A stretch of DNA of 64,000 nt from Octopus sinensis (taxonomy: Eukaryota). Location: contig NC_043022.1 of the NCBI RefSeq assembly GCF_006345805.1, forward strand, positions 14,322,001 through 14,386,000, in the 5' to 3' direction. Under the pieces are notes generated by a model. The model worked only from the letters and a program-made list of their open reading frames with translations. It was not told where the DNA came from and ran no database searches. The first letter of the stretch is position 1; every line of letters begins with the position of its first letter. A program made the position numbers and the translations under genes. Positions 24,750 to 38,400 of the stretch are shown here, one piece after another.

Positions 24750-25338
24750 ATACATATATATATATATACATACACACTTACACTCACGCACACAGATACA
24801 CACACACTGAGGCATACTTAAACACACACAGATACACATATACGTACACACTTAAACTCACGCACACAGAGACACACACACAGATACACATATACGTACA
24901 CACTTAAACTCACGCACACAGAGACACACACACAGATAAACATATACGTACACACTTAAACTCACGCACACAGATACAGACACACATATACGTACACACT
25001 TAAACTCACGCACACGCAGATACGTATATATATAATATATATACATATATATATAATATTATATATATACATACATTACACCACGTAAACCTCCCGCACA
25101 CAGAGACATACACACACTGAGGCATACTCAAACACACACACAGATACACATATATACGTACATACACACTTACACTCCCGCACACAGATACAGACACACA
25201 CACAGATACACACAAACGCACTAAGGCATACTTAAACACACACACAGATACACATATATACGTACACACTTAACCTCCCGCACACAGAGATACACACACG
25301 CACTAAGGCATACTTAAACACACACACACACACACACA
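24750..25338. repeat. CA-rich degenerate ~45-50-bp minisatellite/microsatellite
   Basis: Repeated acacttaaactcacgcacacaga...catatacgtac. Confidence 0.85.
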
Positions 25339-25496
25339 TCAAGCATGGCGAACAACAGAACTACAGAGGAAGAGTAACAGAGACAGAAAAAGTGGACGTT
25401 GACGAAAGGGGAAAAGGGATTAATTAAACCCCGATATCCAATTAACGACAAATAACCTAGAGTTGCCGTAGTTAATTGGGGAGGCATCCTGGAGCG

Positions 25497-25664
25497 ATGT
25501 CTGCCACCAGATCCTCACAAATCGTCAGTATTTTGGCGGCGAGGGTGACCGACGGAAGGTTCCTCTTGGTAAACCATAAACAGAATGGTTTCTGGTTGCC
25601 GACAGGTCGTCGCCGAACCAACGAACGGCACCTGGACGAAACCCTACACAGGATCATGAACAAG
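25497..25664 (+). CDS. Exon 1 (ATG; Nudix-like strand A and degenerate Nudix box)
   Basis: [56 protein letters not shown]|gtaaca. Confidence 0.8.
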
Positions 25665-26858
25665 GTAACACTTGAAATTCACAATAACCGTTTCCATTTC
25701 GTCACCCCTCTTTCTATGTATCTATCTATCTGTCTCTCTTAACCCTTCTCTCTCTCTGTTTATGTATCTATTTATTTGCCTCTCTGTCTATGTATCTATC
25801 TGTCTCTCTCTCTCTGTATCTAATAGTCTCTCTTAACCCTTCTCTCTCTATTTATCTATCTATTTGTCTCTCTCTCTATATATAATATCTATTTATCTCT
25901 CTTTGTATCTATCTGTCTCTCTTAAACCTTCTCTCTCTCTATGTATTATCTGACTCTCTCTCTCTATATATGTATCTATCTATCTGTCTCTCTATGTATC
26001 TATCTATTTGTCTTTCTCTCTATGTATCTATCTGTCTCTCTTAACCTTTAACTCTCTATTTATCTATCTCTCTCTCTCTATGTATCTATCTGTCTCTGTG
26101 TACTATCTGTCTCTTAATCCTTCTCTCTCTCTCTCTCTATCTATCTTTTTGTCTTTCTGCCTCTTTCCCGCTATCAATCTATTTGTTGTTTATCGCTGTT
26201 TCTTTCTTTCTATCCATATATTTATCTATCTATCTTCCTCGCTTTCTATCCATCCTCTCTCTCTATCTTGCTCTCATGCACACACACACGGGGCGGTGTC
26301 GTTCCTTCAGCCCCAGGTCAGCCCTGCTTCAGTCAACATCCAAACCTTAACCATCCCATCATTTATACTCACACACACACATGTAGGCAATGTGTATCCA
26401 TGACTACCTTTATTATCCAATGTGTGTCCTTCCCTGTTTCATAAAAGTGGGATATGGCTGCTACTTTTAGCAAACCAAACAACCACATCCAGGCTCCCGT
26501 TTGTCATTTACCTCAACAAGTTATTATTATTGTTGTTGTCGTTGGTCCAGGCCTGTGTTAATCGAACAGACTTGATGAAAAAGACCTTCCAGCCACGCCC
26601 ATCCTTGTTTATTTACCTTTTCTTTTTAAATATGTTGTGGCCACAGGCGTATATTATATCTAACGTTGTCCTTCCTGTTTTAATACAGTGAGATGTTATT
26701 TCAGTAAGATTTGGCTGCTATTTCTACTTGATTGTGCGATCGACCAATATCTCGAAGTAATCTGGGAAGATTAGATTATCTGTCTATTTCTTTCTCTCTC
26801 TCTCTCTCTATCTATCCACTTGTCTATCTACCTATTTATCTTTCTATCTATCTGTCTG

Positions 26859-26890
<32 letters not shown>

Positions 26891-27039
26891 CCTATCTATC
26901 TACCTATACATCTATCTACCTATCTATCTATACATCTATCTATCTATCTATCTGTCTATCTACCTATCTATCTATCTATACATATACATATACATCTATC
27001 TACCTATACATCTATCTACATATCTATCTATCTATCTAC

Positions 27040-27113
<74 letters not shown>

Positions 27114-28156
27114 GTCTGTGCACATTGTATGTGTGTGTGTGTAGGCATATGGTAAAATCAAAGGTAAAGTCCAAGGTTTCGAACAGCGACGTAGAGGATG
27201 CCCTCTTCGTTAGCTTCTACTAAATCTAATTACTGTTGTTGTTATTCAGCCCTAGGTCTACTTCAGTCAAGTCAACCTATGATCAAAGGTCGTTCCAGCC
27301 ATGATCGTCCCACCCTTTTTTTCCTTTCCTTCTCTTGAATTACCGAGAACTACATTAATCTAATTCTTTCGGAAACGGTTGAGCAGAGTTTCGGATAATT
27401 CTCAAAACTCGATGCAACTTTGTTTCCTCATAACTTTCTTTAAAAAAACTGGATATTTTTGGGGGGTTTTTAGATAAAATTTCCCACATATACATTTCAG
27501 ATGTTGTAGATTGAAAAATAAATATATAAAATTATGGAGTGAGATCGCATAATTATCTCTTCATTCATTTTGATGAAGTATGGTAATTAAAGGTAATTAT
27601 CGACACCCCAACTCCACCACTTCATTATTTTTTCCACGTTAAATTCCGATGTAATCGTAATCTACACCATCTGAAGCCTAAGTGCTGGTAATTCTATTAA
27701 AATTATCCATTTTTAAAAGAAAGTTATGAGGAAACAAAGTCGTGCGGTGGACAGAGCAGATTCCTGGAGTCGTGCCATTCATTTTAGAGTCTGATTTGAA
27801 TAAGATTTAGCTTCTATTTCTGACCATTGAAGCGGCTCTGTAGAAAATCCTCAACTGTTATTTAACCACAGGTCAGCACACTGACCCTAACTGACCTACA
27901 ATTAAAACATATTCCAGCGATCACCAACCAATTTTCGCCATCAGGAATAATACATGCTATAATGTATTTTAAACGGTAACCTATGATTTGAGAAAGATTT
28001 GACTGCTATTTTTAGCCAGTTGAACAAGGGTGTAGTTTTACCAGTGTGTGTGTGTGTGTGTGTGCACATGTGTATGCATCTATGTGCACGTTTATATCTA
28101 TATATATCTATATGTGTATATACATAACATACGTATGCATGTATATATACATGTAC

Positions 28157-28190
<34 letters not shown>

Positions 28191-30065
28191 GTTATCGCCA
28201 TACTAATATGGCATTCTTATAAAAATAAGAAAAAAGCTGTCCGCTTATTAGCTCCATGAGGCCATCGCCTTAAGTTAGCTATTTGATACACAAACTGTAT
28301 CCATATAACCTTCGAACAAGGGAGGTCAGTCGCTCCACACTACTTGACCGGCAGCTACAGACGCGTTTCGGGGTATTGCCCCTTTTCAATGCAGCGTAGC
28401 CACCAGTAGGTGTCTCTTCCGACAATCTCTGTTCGATGGAATACATCCACTTGTTTTCAATAATAGAAATATTAAAATAACTAAGTCTCTCTAAAAGAGA
28501 CAGCGGCAGCGTTCCCGGAAAATAATAGTTATCGCCATACTAATATGGCATTCTTATAAGAATATGGCATTCTTATAAGAATGCCATATTAGTATGGCGA
28601 TAACTATTATTTTCCGGAACGCTGCCGCTGTTCTCTTTTAGAGAGACTTAGTTATTTTAATATTTCTATTATTGAAAACAAGTGGATGTATTCCACCGAA
28701 ACTAGGTAAAAAAACCATCGAACAGAGATTGTCGGAAGCGACACCTACTGGCTGGCTACGCTGCATTGAAAAGGGGCAATACCCCGAAACGCGTCTGTAG
28801 CTGCCGGTCAAGTAGTGTGGAGCGACTGACCTCCTTTGTTCGAAGGTTATATGGATACAGTTGTGTATCAAATAGCTAACTTAAGGCGATGGCCTCATGG
28901 AGCTAATAAGCGGACAGCTTTTTTCTTATTTTTATAAGAATGCCATATTAGTATGGCGATAACTATTATTTTCCGGGAACGCTGCCGCTGTTCTCTTTTA
29001 GAGAGACTTAGTTATTTTAATATTTCTATTATTGAAAACAAGTGGATGTATTCCATCGAACAGAGATTGTCGGAAGAGACACCTACTGGCTGGCTACGCT
29101 GCATTGAAAAGGGGCAATACCCCGAAACGCGTCTGTAGCTGCCGGTCAAGTAGTGTGGAGCGACTGACCTCCCTTGTTCGAAGGTTATATGGATACAGTT
29201 TGTGTATCAAATAGCTAACTTAAGGCGATGGCCTCATGGAGCTAATAAGCGGACAGCTTTTTTCTTATTTTTATAAGAATGCCATATTAGTATGGCGATA
29301 ACTATTATTTTCCGGGAACGCTGCCGCTGTTCTCTTTTAGAGAGACTTAGTTATTTTAAATTTCTATTATGAAAACAAGTGGATGTATTCCACCGAAACT
29401 AGGTAATAAAAACCATCGAACAGAGATTGTCGGAAGCGACACCTACTGGCTGGCTACGCTGCATTGAAAAGGGGCCAATACCCCGAAACGCGTCTGTAGC
29501 TGCCGGTCAAGTAGTGTGGAGCGACTGACCTCCTTTGTTCGAAGGTTATATGGATACAGTTGTGTATCAAATAGCTAACTTAAGGCGATGGCCTCATGGA
29601 GCTAATAGCGGACAGCTTTTTTCTTATTTTTATAAGAATGCCATATTAGTATGGCGATAACTATTTTTTTTGTTTTCCGGAACGCTGCCGCTGTTCTCTT
29701 TTAGAGAGACTTAGTTATTTTAATATTTCTATTATTGAAAACAAGTGATGTATTCCATCGAACAGAGATTGTCGGAAGAGACACCTACTGGCTGGCTACG
29801 CTGCAATGAAAAGGGGCAATACCCCGAAACGCGTCTGTAGCTGCCGGTCAAGTAGTGTGGAGCGACTGACCTCCCTTGTTCGAAGGTTATATGGATACAG
29901 TTTGTGTATCAAATAGCTAACTTAAGGCGATGGCTCATGGAGCTAATAAGCGGACAGCTTTTTTCTTATTTTTATAAGAATGCCATATTAGTATGGCGAT
30001 AACTATTATTTTCCGGAACGCTGCCGCTGTTCTCTTTTAGAGAGACTTAGTTATTTTAATATTTC

Positions 30066-30107
<42 letters not shown>

Positions 30108-32267
30108 TATATACCCGAGAAAGAAGCACCAAGAATGGATAGGTTTTTAGTACAATCGTTTCATACAAGGACAGGCTTTATAAAAGTTGCAAAATTACAG
30201 CATATAAACGTGTCCTGTACTCATCAGCTAAAATACATGTGAGTTCTCTAGACATCCTAGTGGTTGAGGCTATACTCATGAAGAAATGTAGATAATTAAG
30301 TAACATAAACAGATTTCCAAAGTTCATTAAAGTTCTTTAAAGATGATGTACAGTCTTATCACAGAATTTTAAAAAAGTTTTAATAGCATCACAGAAGGTG
30401 ACCTAATCCATAGTGCACATATGAATTTCCAGAGATATGAGGAGGGATTACATACTCACAGACGACAAATTTATCCATTGTTAATCACAACGAGGTGGGT
30501 CTCAATTCCTGCTTATTAGCATTACAGAGAGGGTGAATTAATCCTTTGTATAGATGCACAATTTCCAATGGTGTAGATGTAAATTTCCAGAGAAATGAAA
30601 GGAATTTCATATTCCAGGCGATAATTTATCAATGTTGAACACAATGAGGTAGGTATCAATTCTTGTTATATGATTAGGTATTTGCCACATTAATCACATT
30701 ACTGCTATTTACAAGAGGCTGTAGCTATTTAACTTTTAAAGCTGAAGGGCTTTCTAGAGAGGCAAAGAACAGAAAAGGGAAGGGAAGAGAAGAAAGAGAG
30801 AAATAAGGAGGAGGGAGCAAAAAGGGGGGGGACTAAAAGAGAAGAGAAAAGGAAAAAGAGAATAAGAAGAAGAAAAAGAAATAGGGAAAGAAGGGAAAAA
30901 AAGAAAAAGAAAAAAAGAGGGTTCTAGTTATACAGAAGAATTAGTAGACGGCAAGTCTGGTTTTAATTTACAGGCATCTAGGAACTAGAGGAGAATATTA
31001 TTCTTTGACCAGTAAAACAGCTAATTTATTGCTGTTGAAATCAGCTATGAATTTAAAGAGAATCTAAAGAGATAACACGGTCAGGGGTTTAGGGGTCAGA
31101 GGCTAAAATCAAAAGAAAATACATTAGGAAAATCTAAGTATAATCTCATCAAAAAGTCATTAAAATTTATTTATTTAATTTATTCATTTTATTGTCTTAA
31201 GGAGTTGCCGTTATTATTCATACATTGACGGACTACAGGTCAAATCTTAGAAGATCATTTACAAGGTGTTAGGGAATTGTCTATCATAATGAAGATAATC
31301 AATTATCACCGAGGGAGTAGCCTTATTTATTTAATTTTGAAATAGAATTATGGGGCTTTAGTAACTCATTTTATTTTATTAAGTTATGCTACTTAAATTA
31401 GATTAAGTTAAGAATTAAAATTAAAATTACAATTAAGATTTAAAATTAAGATTTAAAATTATGAGTTTGAAATTAAATAAAGCCTCAATTAAGCAGCGTA
31501 TAAGTACTATTCATTTCCCTGTTCTCAAAAAACTGATGCAGATATAAGGAAAAAGATAACTGTAGTGTGAGAACTCTTAGTTATCTACTTAAAGCAGTGC
31601 TATACTAGTAAAAATCAAGTTATATCTATCTATCTATCTAGTTACGAATATTCTAATCATTTAAATATTTTAAAGTCTTCAATTTAGCGTGGACACAAAC
31701 TTGACCTAGTTCGATATGGTTATTCAATAAGTTTCTATGTTTTCTATGCTTTAGAATTTCATACGTCTCCATGGAGCATAGTTGGCAACCAACCCTACTA
31801 TTTTTATACGGAATTGCTCTCCTAACTATTTCCCAATTAAGGTTATAATTATTATTATTATTTTTGAGTTCCCAGATTTTGTTTGAAAGTGTGGTGGTAC
31901 CAGCTTTATGACGTAATTTAAAAGACGAGATGTGATTTCTAACTCTGTATTTTAGCTGATGAGTACGGGACACGTTTATATGCTGTAATTTTTGCAACTT
32001 TTAATAAAGCCTGTCCTTGTATGAAACGATTGTACTAAAAACCTATCCATTCTTGTTGCTTCTTTCTCGCTTATAATCACCCCACATTACTGTATTGTTA
32101 AAACAGTATAGTTTTTTTTTGGTGCATCTAAGTTAGGTACCATATTCAAGTAAATTCATTTAAATTAACTTGAATCTTTATTGCTTTTTGAGTATATGTA
32201 TATATATATATCTACATATATATCTATATTGTATGCATACATGTGTGAATGTATGTATGCATGTATA

Positions 32268-32308
<41 letters not shown>

Positions 32309-32415
32309 AAGAGAGTAGAAATAATGTTATATACATCTGTTTATTTATTATATATATATATATATATGGATTACTAATTCCTTTTTAAACCCTTCTTAAT
32401 CCATCTTTGTTTTGA

Positions 32416-32457
<42 letters not shown>

Positions 32458-35400
32458 CACATATACATATATACGTGTGTGTATGTATATATATATAGCA
32501 TCTGTTTTTTTTTTCCATGGAGCCATACAGGGTGCTGCTCCAAGATGCGAGCTCTCGATCTGCTGGTAAAAGCAGCCAAAACTCCTTCACATTGCACCAT
32601 CACCAACCACCAACCACCACCACCACATTCATAAAAAAAAAAAAATTTTTTTAATCAGAGCAGATACCGTTCATAAAAGATAGAGCAGATAATGTAGTCG
32701 TCCATATGTGTTAAAAGATGCATGGTCACTCTGTCTGATAAAAAAAAAAAGGTCTGCTAGATCATGCTGACCTAGGAGAAGAGGGGAAGCAGGTGCGAAA
32801 CCATTATAGCTTTTGTAGTGGTTTTGATATTGTTTTGTTATTTTGCCTTCATACTGAGGCAATCTTTCGTCTCTAGTAGACCTTTCCGTCGATTTCCGTA
32901 AAAAAATTTTTTTTTTTACATATGGGCTTGCGGGAACTTTTGAAGTAATGAGAGCGAAAGAGACTAAGAGAAAGCGATTGTATGGCGAGGGGAAGTTCTT
33001 TTGAAGTTACCGTGCATGGGAAGCATTGATGTACGTGTGTGTGTTTGATGGGGTGTGGGAGACAGACAGTATGTTGTGTAAGTGAAGTGCTTCTGTTAGT
33101 GTGTGTGAAGAGACAGAGAGAGTAATGTGTGAAAGAGAGAGATAACTGAAATTTTTTTACTCGGTGTATATGTATGTATATTACTTCAAAAGTTCCCGCA
33201 AGCCCATATGTAAAAAAAAAAAAAATTTTTTACGGAAATCGACGGAAAGGTCTACTAGAGACGAAAGATCGCCCGATGGCTTTTGTTATATTATATCATA
33301 TTATGGCAGACAGGGAAATGGTTTGGTCTATTTTATAATTTTTATGGCCAGCATGATCGTATATACACGCATACATGTACAAATACGTAAATATATTACA
33401 CACACACACATTGTAAATGTACTCTTACACGTATATACGTATATGCACATTGTACTATTTAAGAAGAGTGGTCCCGGTGCGCGCACTCACGTACTCGCGC
33501 TAGCTAGCTAGTCGTGACTAGTCGATCCTTACTTTGTGTTTTTATTTGTTTTGTTTTAAAGAAAAATTATTTATTTTGTGTTTTATTTACTTTGCTAGGA
33601 AGTCGTTGCAGGATCGACTAGTCACGACTAGCTAGCGCGGATGCGCGACTACGCGAGTGCGCGCACCGACACCACTCTCGTTAAGTAGTACCTACGCACA
33701 TACAACACTTATGCGAACACATGTACGCATATACGAAGACACTCACACACACACATAAATCCACAAACACACTTATACACACATATGTACTCATACAGTA
33801 ACATACACCACACACACACATACAGTCGTATACACACACACACATAAGTCCACAAACACACATATGTACTCATACAGTAACACACATACACCACACACAC
33901 ACACACATATATATATATGCGCACTCGCACACACACACACACATACAGTCGTACACACACACACACACGCAAACGTTGTCTTCGCCTTCATTACATAAGA
34001 AGCGTGAGTGCAGGGGAAGATAACTCCACGCTGTGAGATTCCAAGAGAGGGAAATGTCGACTTCAGCCACAATGGAAATAAATAAATAAATAATAAATAG
34101 ACATTTAATGAATGTTTTGTTTTTCAGCATTCTTCTCTCTCTCTCTCTCTCTCTCCGTAAACACATTTAATGGAATGGCGATGCGCCCCCCCCCCCGACT
34201 GTGGTGGTTCATTGCTGGGATTTAAGCAAGACATTCGAAAAAAGAGTGGATTCTTTAGGATTTATGCTGAGGTGCTTAAACCAGAATCCCGCCAATCCAA
34301 CATCTCGTTTGACCTATTATTCTCTCTCTTCCTCCCTTTCTCTTTCTCTCTCTCTTCTTCCCTGTCTCTTTCTCTCTCTTTCTTCCTCCCTTTCTCTCTC
34401 TCTCTCTTCCTCCCTTTCTCTTTTCTTCCCTCTCTCTCTCTCTCTCTCTTCCTCCCTTTCTCTCTCTCTCTTCTACCCTTTCTCTCTCTCTATTTGCAGT
34501 TCCATTGTTTGACCATCTTGCTTGTCACTGGTCAGCTTACTCGACAGTTCTGCTAATATGGACATACATACATACGTGTATATATCTTTTATCTTCAGCT
34601 GTGTTTCAATCGTTGCACCGTGGCCATGCTGGAGCACTTATTCGAAAGATTTTTTTTTTGCCTACCCCAATACTTATGATGTTTGCTTTTTTTCTTGTTT
34701 TTGCTTAAGTCTGTCACTTTTGCTGTAGAGAAGGTACGTGGTTACCTAGCCAGAGAGAGAGAGAGATAAAGAAAGAAAGAGAGAGAGTTAACAACTATTA
34801 ATTTCTAACCCCTCCTCCTCCTCAGATATAGATCTCTAACTCCTCCTTCTCATCATAGATATCATCTAGAATCTCTCTGAACAACATTTATCTAACAGAA
34901 GGATGTTTTATCTTCCACACCTCTCAGTCTGTTTAACTCTTACCAGGAAGGGACTTAGTTGCAAGTACGACCAACATCTGTCTCTCTCTCTCTCTCTCTC
35001 TCGCCCATTTCCTGATACGATTGGAATCTGTTTGGCAGGACACTTCATCTGGGTGGTTTCCGGAAATTTATGAGTAGGAAAGAGTTTATGAGACAGAGAT
35101 TTATTACATCCAGATGCCCTTCCTCTTGCCAACCTTGATCTATTTTCAAGCAAGGAAATATTTTCCCATAGTCACACATCTTTTCACAGAATATTGACAA
35201 AGAACAACTTTACGTCTCACCGAGGAAATGACTAGAGACCGAGACCTTTGGAAGTATGCTGTGCGTGAGAAGACCCGGCAGGACAAGTGAGACCATAACC
35301 CGTGGCCTCTACCTGGGACGTAGCCAGTCCACTTATGGCATACCTTTCCTTCTTGGGACACAAAACTCTACTTGTGAAGACCTGTTGAGGCAAGTGAAAA

Positions 35401-38400
35401 TCGAAATCAAAATCGAAATTGATCAACATCAATGGAAATTGTAGCTGTGATACCAGTGCCGGTGGTATGTAAGAGAACCATCCGAACGTGGCCGTTGCCA
35501 GCGCCGCCCCGACTGGCCTCCATGCTCGTGGCACGTAAAAAGCACCAGCCGTAGAAACATTGCCAGATCAGACTGGGCCTGGTGCAGCCTTCTGGCTTCC
35601 CAGACCCCAGTTGAACTGTCCAACCCATGCTAGCATGGAAAGCGGACGCTAAACGATGATGATGATGAGATGCCCTTCCTGTTGCCAACCTTGATCTATT
35701 TTCAAGCAAGGAAATATTTTCCCATGGCCACACATCTTTTCACAGAATATTGAAAAAGAACAACACTGCTTGTATGACAGTGACACTCATTTACAGCTAT
35801 CACTTCAACACCAATGTCTGCTTTGGCATGGCTTCTACTGCTGTATATTCTTTATAGCACCAACCACATTATAGCATGTATTAGGTGCTTTTTTTTATGT
35901 GGCACCAGCACCACTGAGGTTACCAGGTAACTCTTAAGACAAGGCAAGACCTCTTGGCTGTTGGAGTGAGTAGTATCAAGGTAGGTGGATGCTTGCCTGG
36001 TGATGAGAAGTTAAAGTATGATAGAGGGACAGGAATAGGTATTTTGCTGTAGGGGAGACACGTGGCTACCCCTGTTGGAATAGAGAAAAGACAGTGTTGA
36101 AGAAATGTCAGAGCATTCCCTAAAGTTACAGAAAAATGAATAAAGAGAAGTATGGGTGGGTAAGTAAATTCATGGAAGTGTGAAGGGGAATGGCAGATGG
36201 ACAGAGATGGGGGTAGAGAGAAATTGATTCATCAAAAGTACGGAACCAAGCAAAAATCTTAGGACCCAAATATCACAAAATCTTCTGATCAGAGCACCAT
36301 AACCCTTTCGCTACCAACCCGGCTGAAACCACCTCTGGCTTTGTAGTACAAATGTCTTGTTTTCTTAAGTTTTGAATTAAAATCTTCCACCAAACCTGAG
36401 TCACAATTTATGTTCCTAACACTAGATTAACGATAAATAAGTTTATTTTACTAAATCGTTTCTTATATTTAAAATTAAGTGAAAGAAACACAGAGCATCT
36501 CAACAGAAATATCGTAACAAAAGGGTTAAAATATATAATAGAGAAACAATTCTTAACCCTTTCGATACCAACCTGGCTGAAACCACCTCTGGCTCTGAGT
36601 ACTAATGTTTTGTTTTCATAAGTTTTGAATTAAAATCTTCCACCAAACCTTAGTCACAATTTATGTTCCTAACACAAGTTTAATGATAACTAAAATATTT
36701 TACTAAATTGTTGTATTTAAAATTAATTGAAAGAAACTCAGAGCATCTCAAAAGAAATATGGTAACAAAAGGGTTAAAATATACAATAGAGAAACAATTC
36801 TTAACCCTTTCATTACCCACCCAGCTGAAACCAGCTCTGGCTCTGAGTACAAATGTTTTGTTTCCATAAGTTTTGAATTAAAATCTTCCACCAAACCTTA
36901 GTCACAATTTATGTTCCTAAAACTAGCCAAATGATTTCACTAAATTCTTTGTTATGTTTAAAATTAATTGAAAGAAACACAAAGCATCATCATCGTTTAA
37001 CGTCCGTTCTCCATGCTAGCATGGGTTGGATGGTTCGACCGGGGATCTGGGAAGCCAGAAGGCTGCACCAGGCTCCAGTCTGATCTGGCAGTGTTTCTAC
37101 AGCTGGATGCCCTTCCTAACGCCAACCACTCCGTGAGTGTAGTGGGTGCTTTTTACATGCCACATGCACAGGTGCCAGGCGAGGCTGGCAACGGCCACGG
37201 TCGGATTGGTGCATTTTACGTGCCACCGGCACGGAAGCCAGTCGAGGCGGCACTGGCATCGGCCACGATTCGGATGCTGCCTTTTACGTGCCACCGGCAC
37301 GGAAGCCAGTCCAGGGGTCCTGGCATCTCAACAGAAATAGGGTAACAAAAGGGTTGATTAGTAAATAAATATCTTGCAATCTACATCACCAGAAAAGTTT
37401 ATCAGGAAAGCTTTGTGACCTGTAAACTTAACAAAAGCTTTTCACCTACTTATTTAAGAAAGCTTTTCCTTTGATATATGTTTCAGTCGTTAGACTGTGC
37501 CCATGCTGGGGCACCACCTTGAAGTATTTTAGTTCAACAAATTGACCCCAATACTTGTTTTGTTTTTAAGCCTAGTACATATTCTATTGGTCTCTTTTGC
37601 CAAACTGCTAGGTTACGGAGCCATAAAGATGTCAACACTGGTTGTCAAGTGGTGATGAGTGACAGACAAAAACAGACAGACACACACAAGCACACACACA
37701 CACACACACACACATGCGCAGCAGGCTTCTTCCAGTTTCCATCTACCAAATCCACTCAGAAGGCTTTGGTCATTCTGAGGCTATAGTAGAAGACACTTAC
37801 CTAAGATGCCTCGCAGTGGGACTGAACCTGGAACCATGAGGTTGGGAAGCAAGCTTCTTACCACACAGCCATACCCGCACATATGTTTGTTTACACACAC
37901 AGACACACACACACACACATACATACATATATTTCAATATGTGACTGCGTGTGTATCGTTGGTGATTTTCTTTCTCTGTCTTCCCTTCTTTGGACCTTTT
38001 CTATATTTCTGATGAAGAGCTCTGCTCGAAACGTGAAATCCTCTTTCTTTCCTTTCCTTTCCTGAGCGTCCAATAACACTGTACTTATTCCACATTCTCA
38101 CGTCATTATTTTTTTCTTGTTTTTTCTTGCTTGTTCATGTTTAGATTAACTATCATCATCATCATCATCATCATCATTTAGCGTCCGCTTTCCATGCTAG
38201 CATGGGTTGGACGGGTCAACTGGGGTCTGGGAAGCTGGAAGGCTTCGTCAGGCCCAGTCAGATCTGGCAGTGTTTCTACGGCTGGATGCCCTTCCTAACG
38301 CCAACCACTCCGCGAGTGTAGTGGGTGTTTTTTTACGTGCCACCTGCACTGGTGCCAGACAGAGCTGGCGAACGGCCACGAACGGATGGTGCTTTTACGT

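Larger units (their letters stand above)
28188..30068. repeat. Penelope-pLTR/retrozyme-like array: one inverted unit plus four tandem ~340/360-bp units, each with a hammerhead motif
   Basis: Units recur at 338, 360 and 342 bp; inverted copy 28188-28560; each contains ...tgaaaaggggcaataccccgaaacgcgtc. Confidence 0.9.
30115..32070 (-). mobile_element. 5'-truncated Penelope-like retroelement with inverted 5' end, GIY-YIG C-terminal remnant, AT-rich 3' region and terminal hammerhead
   Basis: Minus ORF 31653-31997 [10 protein letters not shown]...LSNKIWELK...WEIV...PY...[11 protein letters not shown]...LLN...CVH; 30115-30235 and 31950-32070 are inverted copies of each other. Confidence 0.8.
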
